The notes under the pieces are model-generated. The model was not told the DNA's origin and ran no database searches. It saw only the letters and a list, made by a program, of their open reading frames with translations. Positions 1 to 9,393 of a DNA stretch of 64,000 nucleotides are shown here, one piece after another (position 1 is the first letter of the stretch; every line of letters starts with the position of its first letter). The DNA lies in contig JAAYUG010000137.1 of NCBI GenBank assembly GCA_012517825.1, positions 2,941-66,940 on the forward strand, given 5' to 3'. Origin of the DNA: Bacteroidales bacterium. GTDB taxonomy: Bacteria > Bacteroidota > Bacteroidia > Bacteroidales > JAAYUG01. The position numbers were made by a program, and so were the translations under genes.

Positions 1-388
1 ATAAAGCCCGTGGATTCAGTTTAGGCTCTTCCTTCACAGGTTCTTTCACTTCCTGTTTTACCTGCGGCCTGGTTTCTGTTTTTTTCTGCACCGGCTTTTT
101 GGTTTCCTGTTTCTTTTCAATGACCGGAGCTTCTTCAAAATCCTGGGTAAGAACCCCTTCTTTTTTTTCAGCCGGCTGTGTCTTTTCCTCCCGGGGCGGC
201 GAAACATTCTGGAGAGGCTCCACGGTGCCGGTTCCCTGCAAATCGGTACCAAAATTAACCAGGATTCCCTGTTCTTCAGGTAAGGGAAGAGGCGTACGAA
301 GCCCGAAAAACATAAGAAGTACGACAGCAATTGCGTGGGCAATCACGGTACCGATCAAACCTTTCTTATGTTCAAATATGTCGGTCAT
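1..388 (-). CDS. TonB-family energy transducer, N-terminal part (gene continues beyond the left window edge)
   Basis: Absent from the ORF track because it has no stop inside the window. My translation of the minus strand from ATG 388..386 gives MTDIFEHKKGLIGTVIAHAIAVVLLMFFGLRTPLPLPEEQGILVNFGTD..., then a Pro/Glu/Lys-rich spacer (..EKKQETKKPVQKKTETRPQVKQEVKEPVKEEPK..). That is one N-terminal TM anchor plus a charged proline-rich linker, as in TonB. ATGA start/stop overlap with exbD; follows exbB-exbD. Confidence 0.7.
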   Translation of the reverse strand, partial: MTDIFEHKKGLIGTVIAHAIAVVLLMFFGLRTPLPLPEEQGILVNFGTDLQGTGTVEPLQNVSPPREEKTQPAEKKEGVLTQDFEEAPVIEKKQETKKPVQKKTETRPQVKQEVKEPVKEEPKLNPRAL

Positions 389-783
389 CGTTCTTCGGGC
401 GCTGTGGCAAGTATTAGCCGGAAGCGGTTGCGCTGGGCAATATTCATTACGCGGACAACCTGTTCCATGGGTACACTGCGGTCAACATGCAACGAAACTG
501 TTGGATCCTGAGTTCCTGACAGCTTGGCCTTGAGTAAAGGTTCCAATTGTTCAAAATCTACCCGGGTAGTTTCATAATAAAACTGAAGGTCACGGGTAAT
601 ACTGACCGTGGTTACCGGTTTGGCCTGAACCTGGCTGTTGCTCTGGGGAAGAAGCAATTTGAGGGCATTGGGAGAGATCATGGTAGAGGAGATGAGAAAA
701 AAGATAAGCAACAGAAACACCATATCCGACATGGATGCCATGCTGAATTCTATGCTTCGTTTATTGCGCGATTTAATGGCCAT
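385..783 (-). CDS. exbD: Biopolymer transport protein ExbD/TolR
   Basis: 132 aa with one N-terminal TM (MSDMVFLLLIFFLISS) and a periplasmic domain typical of ExbD/TolR. Lies 7 nt after exbB and overlaps the TonB start by 4 nt. Confidence 0.9.
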   Translation of the reverse strand: MAIKSRNKRSIEFSMASMSDMVFLLLIFFLISSTMISPNALKLLLPQSNSQVQAKPVTTVSITRDLQFYYETTRVDFEQLEPLLKAKLSGTQDPTVSLHVDRSVPMEQVVRVMNIAQRNRFRLILATAPEER

Positions 784-790
784 AGACGGG

Positions 791-1504
791 TTATTTCACA
801 GGTTCATTCAACAGATCCATAAATTCAACGGAAGTAGCTTCCAGATTGTTTACCACCTTTTCGACATTAGCTACCAGTATATTATAGCCAAAGTAAGCAA
901 TAATTCCCACAGCAAGACCGGCGAGGGTTGTTACCATGGCCTCGTAGATACCACTTGAAAGCAAGGTAATATCAATATTGTTCCCGGCCATTGACATATC
1001 GTAGAATGCTCTGATCATTCCGCTGACGGTTCCCAGAAACCCGAGCATCGGAGAGCCACCGGCCACAATTGCCAGGGTGGGCAGACCTTTTTCCAGATTA
1101 TAGACTTCGAGCTGGCCAACGTTTTCAATAGCCGTATTAACGTCACTCAGCGGACGGCCAATACGGAGCAGGCCTTTTTCTATCATCCGGGCAACGGGAT
1201 TGGGCATTGACTGGCATAAAGCAACCGCGGCTTCAATTTTCCCGTCATGGATATAGTCTTTGATCCGGTTCATAAAATTCTGGTCCACTTTTGCCGCAGC
1301 CCTTATGGCAAAATATCTTTCCACAAAAATGTATATGCCAATCACCGAAAGGATAGCGATAGGAATCATTACCGGCCCACCTTTCAGCATAAGGTCCCAG
1401 TATGAAAGGCTTATCTCCTTGGCTCCGTGGGCATAAGCTGAATCAGCAGCAGCACGGGTGCTGATCTGCATAAGCAGGTTCATAATCATCATTTCAGGCA
1501 TCAT
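791..1504 (-). CDS. exbB: MotA/TolQ/ExbB proton-channel protein
   Basis: 237 aa, three TM segments, conserved C-terminal half (..GGSPMLGFLGTVSGMIRAF...TTLAGLAVGIIAYFGYN..) typical of ExbB/TolQ. Confidence 0.9.
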   Translation of the reverse strand: MMPEMMIMNLLMQISTRAAADSAYAHGAKEISLSYWDLMLKGGPVMIPIAILSVIGIYIFVERYFAIRAAAKVDQNFMNRIKDYIHDGKIEAAVALCQSMPNPVARMIEKGLLRIGRPLSDVNTAIENVGQLEVYNLEKGLPTLAIVAGGSPMLGFLGTVSGMIRAFYDMSMAGNNIDITLLSSGIYEAMVTTLAGLAVGIIAYFGYNILVANVEKVVNNLEATSVEFMDLLNEPVK

Positions 1505-1546
1505 GTTCTGTTGGCTTTAATCAACTGTAACGGTTTTCTATTTAAC

Positions 1547-4500
1547 TTATTGCACGTTGTCGGGCAAAGATACTTCTTCTTCCTTTTTTCCGCTCAATTT
1601 TCTCAGGTACCTTTTCAACAATTCGCCAAAAGAATTGAACTGTTCACTGTATGAAACACCAATACCTTGAGTATAGGGTGCATAATCGTACAATATTCTG
1701 TTGTTGGCCCGGTTGAATGCTTTCAGCTTCAGTGTTCCCGATTCATTCAGTTTGATATCGACCACGAAATCGCCCGCAATGTTCGAAGTATTGGTGGCAT
1801 TATTGGCGACCATTTCGTTTCCGCCAACATCGAGGTTCCCGTTTATTGTAATCCGGTCGTTCAGCAATTGGGTTGACAATGCCACTTCGACCTGCTGGGT
1901 GGTTATCTCATCACCCGGGCGGTAGTTGATGCCAATGTCCACATCCCTGCTGAGCTGCGAAAGCCAGTTGCTAAGCTGGTTTGATAACAGTTCACTTCCG
2001 GTAACACCTACACTGGCCGAGCCAAGTCCGGTAGGAGTACTGATTCCCGTACCACTTGCTGAGCGTTCTGCACTGGGCATGAAACTGTTCAGAATCAAAA
2101 GCGAAAGGAATTGCTTGCTAAGCTCTTCCTGTGTATTGATAGCATTTTTCACCTTGTTCCTCAGTTCATCCTCGGCGGTCGGAAGGTAAATATCATACCG
2201 TATTGTCGGGTTCATCAGCTTGTCAGTGAGAAATATCTGGCACTCAATCGGAATTCTTCGTTTATATTGCTCGGTAGCGTCAACCAGCAATTCATACAGT
2301 GAGGTTTTGACGGGATATATAGCTTTAATATTGAGGTTGGCATCCTTGGGATCCCCGTTCCACGAAACCGTTCCCCCTCTTTCTACCCTGAATCGTTTGT
2401 TGATCACATTCTGAAGCGTGAAAAGGTAATCCCCCTCTTCAATAACATAGTCGCCATACATTCTGAATTTGCCGTTGGTACTTATTTCCATTTTTATATT
2501 TCCATTGCCCCGTCCTTTGATTACGTCACCAATTTTGGGATCAAAAATAATCTGGGCTTCGGCATCGGGTGTAATGGTAAGTTCAAAATTCAGTTCCATA
2601 CCCTGCAAACCGGGAGTCAATGGTGGCTGAACATTCGTTTTTTCGGTTGTGCGTAAACTTTTTCCCTTAAAAACAATGAAAGGAATTTCAGTAATTTCCT
2701 GAGTTGTATTAAGAGGAATATTGAACTGGGTACCTTTTTCTGTTCTTGCAGTAATGTTCATCTTCAGGTTGGGAACTATCCCTGAAATGGTGATATTGCC
2801 TGTGGCCACAGCTCTTCCGTAAAACAGGGAGTTGTCCTTCGATGTCGTATTGAGGCAAAGTAAATTCCGGGCCGCAATTGAAATGTTCATGCTCCATTCT
2901 TTGAGCCTGTTTCCAAAGATGTAGCCATTTATTGAAGCTTTGTTCCCGTTTTCATCAAAGGCCGTGACGTTATTTAAAAGTATCCTGTTTTTTTCAATGG
3001 CAATCTTATCGGTAAACGAATACCGCGTTTGCAGGTAATCGACCATAAAGGAAGCTTTTTGAACGTCGAGGTCGCCATCCAGTTCCAGCGCCTTTGCAGT
3101 TCCTCCCAGGTGCAATCTGCCGGTAGCCAATCCGTTAAGATCAGAAAAGACCTTTGAAAGATACGGTTTAAGAATGTTGACCCGCATCTTGCTGAGAGAT
3201 AAATCCACATCAATTTTCCCGGATTCGGGAACAAAATCTCCCTTTCCTTCCAGAGACAGAAGATTACCACGGTAAGAACGTATGAGCAGGTCAATCTTCT
3301 TTGACTGCTGATTCCACAGACTCTGCACCCTGGTATTTCCAAGGATTTCACCATTAATACCCAGGCTGTCAATTGTGAAATCACCGAGAAACCGTCCGTT
3401 ATCGAAGAGTTTCTGCAGGGAAGCGTTCCCATTGATGAGGCCGGAAAACGAAAATCCTTTATCTGCAGTGAACAGATTAAGCCTTCGCGCCTGAAGGTCC
3501 TTCATATTCATTACCAACTGATTGCTGTCACTGCTGCTAACAGCACCTGAGGCAGCAATCTCTTCCTTACCGTTATGCATCCGCAGACCATCAACTTCAA
3601 AATAAGCCGAATCGAAAACCATGGTAAACGGTTCGATAACCCACTTTTCATCATCCACTTCGAAAGAAGAGGGAGAAATATCCGTTCGCACCAGAACCCT
3701 GCCGCCAGGTTTTCGTGTGAAACTGGCTGTACCGGATAATTGTCCCTTGTTCAGCCCTGCTGTTAGTGGATTCTGTAAATTGACATAAATGCTGTCGTTC
3801 CGCATCTCCAGCTTTCCCCGGACATCGGCAAAGGCCATCTTCTTATGAAAAGTAAACTGATCGGTGCGGAAAAGTATGGTAAAGGTATTATTGACAGGCT
3901 GCACGAGGAGGGAAAATTTGGAGAAGTCAAAATCCTTCCAGGCTATTTGCGATGAAGACCCCTGAAGATAAACAAGGTTTTCCAGGCTGTTCACTTTGCC
4001 TTCCACCGAGGTGTTTTCCGCCATTTGCAAAGAAGGGGCGAAGAAGGACAGCACTTCTCCGGGATTACTTATATTAATACGGAAGGAAAAATTATTCCTG
4101 CCGTTTGCCTTGTTCATCCCCTGAGAACTGACGGAAGGCAGAAATGCCCCGGCTATATGGGTCAGGGATGAGCCAAGAGCACCAAAATCATATACCCCTT
4201 CAAGGCTGGCATCAAGAACATCGGAATGCAGGGTAAGGTTTCCCTTGTCGCCCTGCCGGGTAGCACTGAGGATCATATTATAGAGCATGAGCGACTGCCC
4301 GGGCCGCGCAAATCGCGCATTCAGCAGCTTTATGTCCCCGTTAAGGCTGCTGACGTTATTGCCCACAAAATTCGCCGTAAGAATGCACGAAACCGTAAGA
4401 GCCGTATCTTTATTCACAAGGTGCAGGGGAAAAAGATTCGCCCGTGCAATGTTGGCGGTAAAATCAAACTCCGGAGTTTCTTTCGAAAAATCAAGCCGGC

Positions 4501-6100
4501 CCAGAAAATCCATTGACAGATTCGGGTCGTTGATATAGATGCTACCATCGTAAGTATTGCGCGTAAAAGTTCCTTCGAGACGAATATTGGTGTACGAATA
4601 ATTTTTAAACTCCAGCAAAGGTACGGTACCATTTAACCGCGCCTGCAAATGATTATCCTTCTCCTCTCCGTCCACCTCGGCCCGGAATGAAATCATTCCC
4701 AGATTCCTTTTCCCCGGATCCTGAAGTTCTCCGAGCAGAAAATTTCCGGTTTCAATATTCCCCCTGAAAGTTAAATGATTTTTGCCCTGATGGGTAATGA
4801 TAAGATCATTGCGAAGGGTTCCAAGCCGGGTAGAAAGTGTTCCGTAGGTAACAAAATCATCAAAAAACCCGGTGAATTTGCCCTGATACTGTATTTTACC
4901 CAGTCGGTGGAGCGTTTCGGGCAGACTGATTTTCTTGCGGATCCAGGGCAACTGGAGACTCTCTGCATCTCCCGGAGAAGTAGTAAAACGATTTACCTTC
5001 ACATTAATATAGGTGTGCCTGATGTCCGGAAGGCCTGTCATATCAACATTTCCGGCAAAAACAGTCTCCCGGTTGTAACCTATGAACAGGTTTCTTATCC
5101 GCACATCACTCAACAGGCCCGATATAGTCCCTGAACACCGCACGGCATGGGGAATATTGCTTAACGAAGGCGCAAAATATCCCAGGTCCTGCATGTGAAG
5201 ATTTCCCTTGTCAATTTTGATGCGCATAAAAACCTTCTGACCAAAAACACCTTTTCTGAACTGGGAAAGTGAATCAAAATCGAAAAATATATAGGGAGCT
5301 TCGATTTGCGAGAGAGGAGTATTGAGAAGTACATCCTTGAAATGCAAGAAATGTTTGCTGATACTTAAAAGACTTTCCATCCGTTCAAGACAGAACCCGC
5401 TTTTCTCAATGCCCGAAAATTCCCGTAAAAGAAAACTGACACTGTCGCCCTTGTTTTGCAATCCAACAATGAGGAGATTCAATGAATCCATTTCCAAATC
5501 AGAAAAATCGATGCCTTTTTTTTCAACATTCTCCTCATTCCAGATGGATAATCTGAATTTTGCATCCGAAAACCGGATGGTGTGAAACGAAAGCTGGAGT
5601 TTTTTACCTGAAGTATCTCCTCTACTCTTCAATGCATCAATAATAAACTGAAGATTCAACGTCTTTGTGGAATCAGAGGCCAGACGGATATATGGGTTGT
5701 CAGCCTGTAATCTGGTGAAACTGATACGTTTATTCCAGAGGTTAATTCCTCCCAGTTTTGCCGTAAAGGCAGGAGCATACAGCAGTGTATCGTGACCCTG
5801 ATCCTGAATGCAAAGATTGTAGATTATAATTTTGTTGGGAAACGCTATGGAAACACGGTCGAGGGTAATCGGAGCTCCGAGTGACCCGGACAGCCTGTGG
5901 GAGATGTTTTTGACCACGAAGGTCTGAATATTTTCAGACTGTAAAAGCAAAAAGGCGGCCAGGGGAATGGAAATAATTCCCAGAAAAAACCAAAGAAATA
6001 TTTTGAAAAACTTTTTGATAATTTGGCCGTTTGTAAGGTAAACGCAAAGAAATAAAAAATAGTTTATTTTAACCATCGTGAATGTAAGCATTTTAGGCAT
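1547..6100 (-). CDS. tamB: TamB-like translocation and assembly module protein (AsmA-like/DUF490 C-terminus)
   Basis: 1517-aa ORF with an N-terminal TM anchor (IFLWFFLGIISIPLAAFLLL), a very long beta-rich body and a DUF490-like C-terminal region. Lies divergent to tsaD. The true start may be ATG 6091 or 6076 rather than 6100. Confidence 0.8.
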   Translation of the reverse strand: MPKMLTFTMVKINYFLFLCVYLTNGQIIKKFFKIFLWFFLGIISIPLAAFLLLQSENIQTFVVKNISHRLSGSLGAPITLDRVSIAFPNKIIIYNLCIQDQGHDTLLYAPAFTAKLGGINLWNKRISFTRLQADNPYIRLASDSTKTLNLQFIIDALKSRGDTSGKKLQLSFHTIRFSDAKFRLSIWNEENVEKKGIDFSDLEMDSLNLLIVGLQNKGDSVSFLLREFSGIEKSGFCLERMESLLSISKHFLHFKDVLLNTPLSQIEAPYIFFDFDSLSQFRKGVFGQKVFMRIKIDKGNLHMQDLGYFAPSLSNIPHAVRCSGTISGLLSDVRIRNLFIGYNRETVFAGNVDMTGLPDIRHTYINVKVNRFTTSPGDAESLQLPWIRKKISLPETLHRLGKIQYQGKFTGFFDDFVTYGTLSTRLGTLRNDLIITHQGKNHLTFRGNIETGNFLLGELQDPGKRNLGMISFRAEVDGEEKDNHLQARLNGTVPLLEFKNYSYTNIRLEGTFTRNTYDGSIYINDPNLSMDFLGRLDFSKETPEFDFTANIARANLFPLHLVNKDTALTVSCILTANFVGNNVSSLNGDIKLLNARFARPGQSLMLYNMILSATRQGDKGNLTLHSDVLDASLEGVYDFGALGSSLTHIAGAFLPSVSSQGMNKANGRNNFSFRINISNPGEVLSFFAPSLQMAENTSVEGKVNSLENLVYLQGSSSQIAWKDFDFSKFSLLVQPVNNTFTILFRTDQFTFHKKMAFADVRGKLEMRNDSIYVNLQNPLTAGLNKGQLSGTASFTRKPGGRVLVRTDISPSSFEVDDEKWVIEPFTMVFDSAYFEVDGLRMHNGKEEIAASGAVSSSDSNQLVMNMKDLQARRLNLFTADKGFSFSGLINGNASLQKLFDNGRFLGDFTIDSLGINGEILGNTRVQSLWNQQSKKIDLLIRSYRGNLLSLEGKGDFVPESGKIDVDLSLSKMRVNILKPYLSKVFSDLNGLATGRLHLGGTAKALELDGDLDVQKASFMVDYLQTRYSFTDKIAIEKNRILLNNVTAFDENGNKASINGYIFGNRLKEWSMNISIAARNLLCLNTTSKDNSLFYGRAVATGNITISGIVPNLKMNITARTEKGTQFNIPLNTTQEITEIPFIVFKGKSLRTTEKTNVQPPLTPGLQGMELNFELTITPDAEAQIIFDPKIGDVIKGRGNGNIKMEISTNGKFRMYGDYVIEEGDYLFTLQNVINKRFRVERGGTVSWNGDPKDANLNIKAIYPVKTSLYELLVDATEQYKRRIPIECQIFLTDKLMNPTIRYDIYLPTAEDELRNKVKNAINTQEELSKQFLSLLILNSFMPSAERSASGTGISTPTGLGSASVGVTGSELLSNQLSNWLSQLSRDVDIGINYRPGDEITTQQVEVALSTQLLNDRITINGNLDVGGNEMVANNATNTSNIAGDFVVDIKLNESGTLKLKAFNRANNRILYDYAPYTQGIGVSYSEQFNSFGELLKRYLRKLSGKKEEEVSLPDNVQ

Positions 6101-7094
6101 AGAATCCTCCTGCGATGAAACCGCAGCTGCCGTGGTTCAGGATGGCTACCTTCTTTCATCGGTTATTGCCACGCAGGAAGTGCATCGCAGTTATGGCGGA
6201 GTAGTACCCGAACTGGCTTCCCGTGCGCATCAGCAGAATATAGTTCCTGTTGTAGACAAAGCTCTTAAAGATGCAGGGTTGAAGCCGGAAGATATTGACG
6301 GGCTGGCATTTACCCGCGGCCCGGGTCTGATGGGAGCACTTCTCGTCGGAACCTCCTTTGCCAAGGGGTTGTCTCTTGCCCTCGGGAAACCGCTGATTGA
6401 AGTAAACCACCTGCAGGCTCACATACTGGTTCACTTCATTAAGGAACACAACAAAACCCTTCATCAGCCCGATTTTCCTTTTCTGTGCCTTCTTGTATCA
6501 GGGGGGCATACCCAGCTGGTGAAGGTCAACAGCCACCTTTCGATGGAAGTGCTGGGACGCACCCTGGATGATGCTGCCGGTGAAGCTTTTGACAAATGCG
6601 CCAAGCTCATGCGCCTGCCCTATCCGGGCGGACCCGTTATTGACCGGCTGGCAAAGGAAGGAAACCCGACGTCATTTTCCTTCAGTAAACCAAGAATACC
6701 TGGCCTTGATTTCAGTTTCAGCGGATTGAAAACTTCGTTTCTCTATTTCCTTCAGGAAAAGGTGAAAGAAGATCCTTCCTTCATTGAGAAGCATCTTCCC
6801 GACTTATGTGCAAGTCTTCAGTACACCATTGTAGATATCCTGGCTGAAAAGGTGGTAGCCGCCGGCCGGCAGTCGGGCATTCACCAGATTGCACTGGCGG
6901 GAGGAGTGGCCGCTAACAGCGGACTTCAGAAAAGAATGCAGGCCCTTGCTTCACAATATGGATGGGAACTGTTTATTCCTCCGGCCCGTTTTACCACCGA
7001 CAATGCGGCTATGATTGCCATTACGGGCTATTACAAATTCAGGGAAAAAATGTTTTCCGGCCACGATATCGTTCCCCTGACAAGGTCTGAATGA
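6078..7094 (+). CDS. tsaD: tRNA N6-adenosine threonylcarbamoyltransferase TsaD (Kae1/Gcp)
   Basis: N-terminus ILGIESSCDETAAAVV, motifs VSGGHT and GGVAAN, 338 aa. The start is GTG at 6078, with an in-frame TAG just upstream. Confidence 0.95.
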   Translation: MNVSILGIESSCDETAAAVVQDGYLLSSVIATQEVHRSYGGVVPELASRAHQQNIVPVVDKALKDAGLKPEDIDGLAFTRGPGLMGALLVGTSFAKGLSLALGKPLIEVNHLQAHILVHFIKEHNKTLHQPDFPFLCLLVSGGHTQLVKVNSHLSMEVLGRTLDDAAGEAFDKCAKLMRLPYPGGPVIDRLAKEGNPTSFSFSKPRIPGLDFSFSGLKTSFLYFLQEKVKEDPSFIEKHLPDLCASLQYTIVDILAEKVVAAGRQSGIHQIALAGGVAANSGLQKRMQALASQYGWELFIPPARFTTDNAAMIAITGYYKFREKMFSGHDIVPLTRSE

Positions 7095-7181
7095 ACTTCC
7101 CGGTGAGGTGCAGGCGACAAAAAAACATACGGAACGCGTCAAAATTATCGTTGTTTCATCTTCGGTTTTTGTCAATTAAAA

Positions 7182-7189
7182 TATTTTTG
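7182..7189 (+). promoter_or_regulatory. Candidate Bacteroidota -7 promoter box (TATTTTTG = TAnnTTTG) for the DUF1987 gene
   Basis: Exact match to the published Bacteroides -7 consensus TAnnTTTG, 28 nt upstream of ATG 7217. No convincing -33 TTTG at canonical spacing. Confidence 0.3.
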
Positions 7190-7216
7190 TATTTTTAGTG
7201 AGTTAATCCTGCCCGA

Positions 7217-7591
7217 ATGGAAGACCTTCACATTGAGGGAACCAAACGTACCCCGGAAATCAGAATGAAAGCCACGGGAGAAATTACCATTGAAGGCCGT
7301 TCCGTAATGGAAGATGCTCCGCGCTTTTACGACGCTCTGTTTATGTGGGTATTCGAATACTGCAAAAATCCCGCTGATCAAACGGTCATAAACATTAAAC
7401 TTGAATATTCCAACAGCGACTCGGCAGTTGCCATACTTCACCTGTTGAAGGAACTCACCCAGCTCAAGAACCAGAACAAAAGCCTCATCGTCAACTGGTA
7501 TTACGAACAGGGTGACGACGATGTTCTTGAGCGCGGGCAATATTATGCCTCCATTCTTGGAATACCGTTTCAGTTTATCGAAGTGGAATAA
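7217..7591 (+). CDS. DUF1987 / SiaC-family small regulatory protein
   Basis: 124 aa. N-terminal LHIEGTKRTPEI...ITIEGRS..E and central IKLEYSNSDS...LL follow the pattern of SiaC (DUF1987) proteins as I recall them. Confidence 0.8.
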   Translation: MEDLHIEGTKRTPEIRMKATGEITIEGRSVMEDAPRFYDALFMWVFEYCKNPADQTVINIKLEYSNSDSAVAILHLLKELTQLKNQNKSLIVNWYYEQGDDDVLERGQYYASILGIPFQFIEVE

Positions 7592-7773
7592 GCACCCTGC
7601 AGAACGGATAGGTTTTATCCCCGTCTGGTCCTCCCTGCAAAAACCGCTTTTCCTGTTTTTAGCCTGCACCGGTCAGATAAAACTCCCGTTCCGCTCACGG
7701 TAAAAAAAATGCTCCAATTTGCTATTTCGTATAATAGATTTAAATTAGGCCCGGAATATTAAACCTAACTCCT

Positions 7774-9249
7774 ATGAAAAAAATCCTGTTAACCACACTG
7801 GCCGTGGCTTTCACAGCCGGTTATGTACTGGGAGGTGGCATCGTTACCAACACCAACCAGAGTGCATCCTGGGTGCGTACCCTTTCACGGAATGCATCCA
7901 CGGGAATCGATGCAGTATATTTTAACCCTGCCGGACTCGGAAAGCTGAACAACGGACTGCATTTTTCCCTGAATAACCAGACCATTTTGCAAAACAAGGA
8001 TGTGACGACCACATTCAACTATTTGAGCACCAATCCCTTCAAATACGAAGGAAAGGTTTCGGCTCCTGTGTTCCCCGGCGTTTATGCCGTGTACAAAATG
8101 GACAAACTGGCTTTCTCCTTCGGCTTTAACCCGGTAGGCGGAGGTGGCGGTGCCAAATACGACAATGGCCTTCCTTCCTTTGAAGTACCGCTCTCAACCG
8201 TGGTTCCTATTCTCCAGGGCAGTCTGGCACCTCTTGATCAGGCTATTGCTGCAGCTACCGGAACTGACCCCCATTTCAGAAATGTAACCGGATACCAGTT
8301 CTCCACCAATTTTGAAGGAACCTCAGTATACTTCGGATACCAGTTTAACGCCACCTACCAGGTAACTGATATGCTTGGTGTGGCTGTAGGTGCCCGTTAT
8401 GTAACAGCAAAAAATACATACAAAGGGTTCCTGAAAGATTACAAGATCGAGGCTCCTGCCAACTACGGCGGATGGCAGACTCCGGGAACCTACCTCAGAA
8501 CCGTTGCCAGTACTCCCGGCCTTGATGCAACAACCAAGGCAACTCTGCAGGGAACCGCAGCCGTACTTGATGTTCAGACCGGCGACAAGGAAGTTGATGC
8601 CGAACAAACAGGAACCGGCTTCACTCCTCTTCTGGGCCTGCACTTCTCACCCATGGAAAAACTGAACATTGCCCTTAAATATGAATTCAAAACTGCTATG
8701 AAAGTAAAAACTTCCATCAACGACAATAAAGATGGAGGCGGTTTGTTCAAAAAAGACTCAACCATTAACAGCGATATGCCGGCTATGCTTGCGGCAGGTC
8801 TTGATTACAATGTTCTGCCCTCATTAAAGCTTTCTGTGTCATACAATTACTACTTCGACAAGAATGCCGACTACGGAAAATCACTCGAAGGCCAGCCTGT
8901 TACCAACGATAAAGTTATCGACAAAAACTTTTACGAAATTGCCTTCGGAGCTGAATACAGTATTACAGAAAAATTCCTTGTAAGTGCCGGATTCCTGCAT
9001 GCTCAGACAGGCGTAAAAGAAAATTACCAGAGCGATCAGAGCTTCAGCCTGACGTCCAATACAATTGGCGGCGGCCTTCTTTTTAAGCTCAATGAAAAGA
9101 TCGGAATCAACCTCGGATATGCTTACACCATGTATGATAAAGGTTCCAAAGATTACACCGTTCCCATAGGGGCCAACAACGTGCCTGCCAAAGATGAATA
9201 CTTCAAGAAAACTGTGATTTTCTCCGCAGGTGTTGATATCAGCCTGTAA
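7774..9249 (+). CDS. FadL/TodX-like outer-membrane beta-barrel (hydrophobic-compound transporter family)
   Basis: Signal peptide MKKILLTTLAVAFTAG, motif ..DAVYFNPAGLGKL.., alternating beta-strand pattern and an aromatic C-terminal strand (VIFSAGVDISL). The family call rests on motif memory only. Confidence 0.6.
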   Translation: MKKILLTTLAVAFTAGYVLGGGIVTNTNQSASWVRTLSRNASTGIDAVYFNPAGLGKLNNGLHFSLNNQTILQNKDVTTTFNYLSTNPFKYEGKVSAPVFPGVYAVYKMDKLAFSFGFNPVGGGGGAKYDNGLPSFEVPLSTVVPILQGSLAPLDQAIAAATGTDPHFRNVTGYQFSTNFEGTSVYFGYQFNATYQVTDMLGVAVGARYVTAKNTYKGFLKDYKIEAPANYGGWQTPGTYLRTVASTPGLDATTKATLQGTAAVLDVQTGDKEVDAEQTGTGFTPLLGLHFSPMEKLNIALKYEFKTAMKVKTSINDNKDGGGLFKKDSTINSDMPAMLAAGLDYNVLPSLKLSVSYNYYFDKNADYGKSLEGQPVTNDKVIDKNFYEIAFGAEYSITEKFLVSAGFLHAQTGVKENYQSDQSFSLTSNTIGGGLLFKLNEKIGINLGYAYTMYDKGSKDYTVPIGANNVPAKDEYFKKTVIFSAGVDISL

Positions 9250-9271
9250 GCAAAAAATTCCGGCTATCCTG

Positions 9272-9309
9272 AAAACGCCTCAATTGCCCGCTGAGGCGTT
9301 TTCTTTTTT
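9272..9309 (+). terminator. Rho-independent terminator after the FadL-like gene
   Basis: AAAACGCCTCA (9272-9282) / TGAGGCGTTTT (9292-9302), an 11-bp perfect stem with a 9-nt loop, followed by CTTTTTTC. Confidence 0.75.
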
Positions 9310-9393
9310 CAGGAAAAACAAAATTCTGCCATTTTGCTTTTTTACAGGATATTTCCGGTAATTTTGCCTCCAGATAGGTCTGAACCATACGAA

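Noticed and set aside
58-342. A 94-aa Arg/Lys-rich ORF on the minus strand at the left edge.
   Set aside because: Another minus-strand frame, open from ATG 388 to the window edge, encodes a convincing TonB-like N-terminus overlapping exbD by ATGA. The 94-aa ORF is an out-of-frame artefact.
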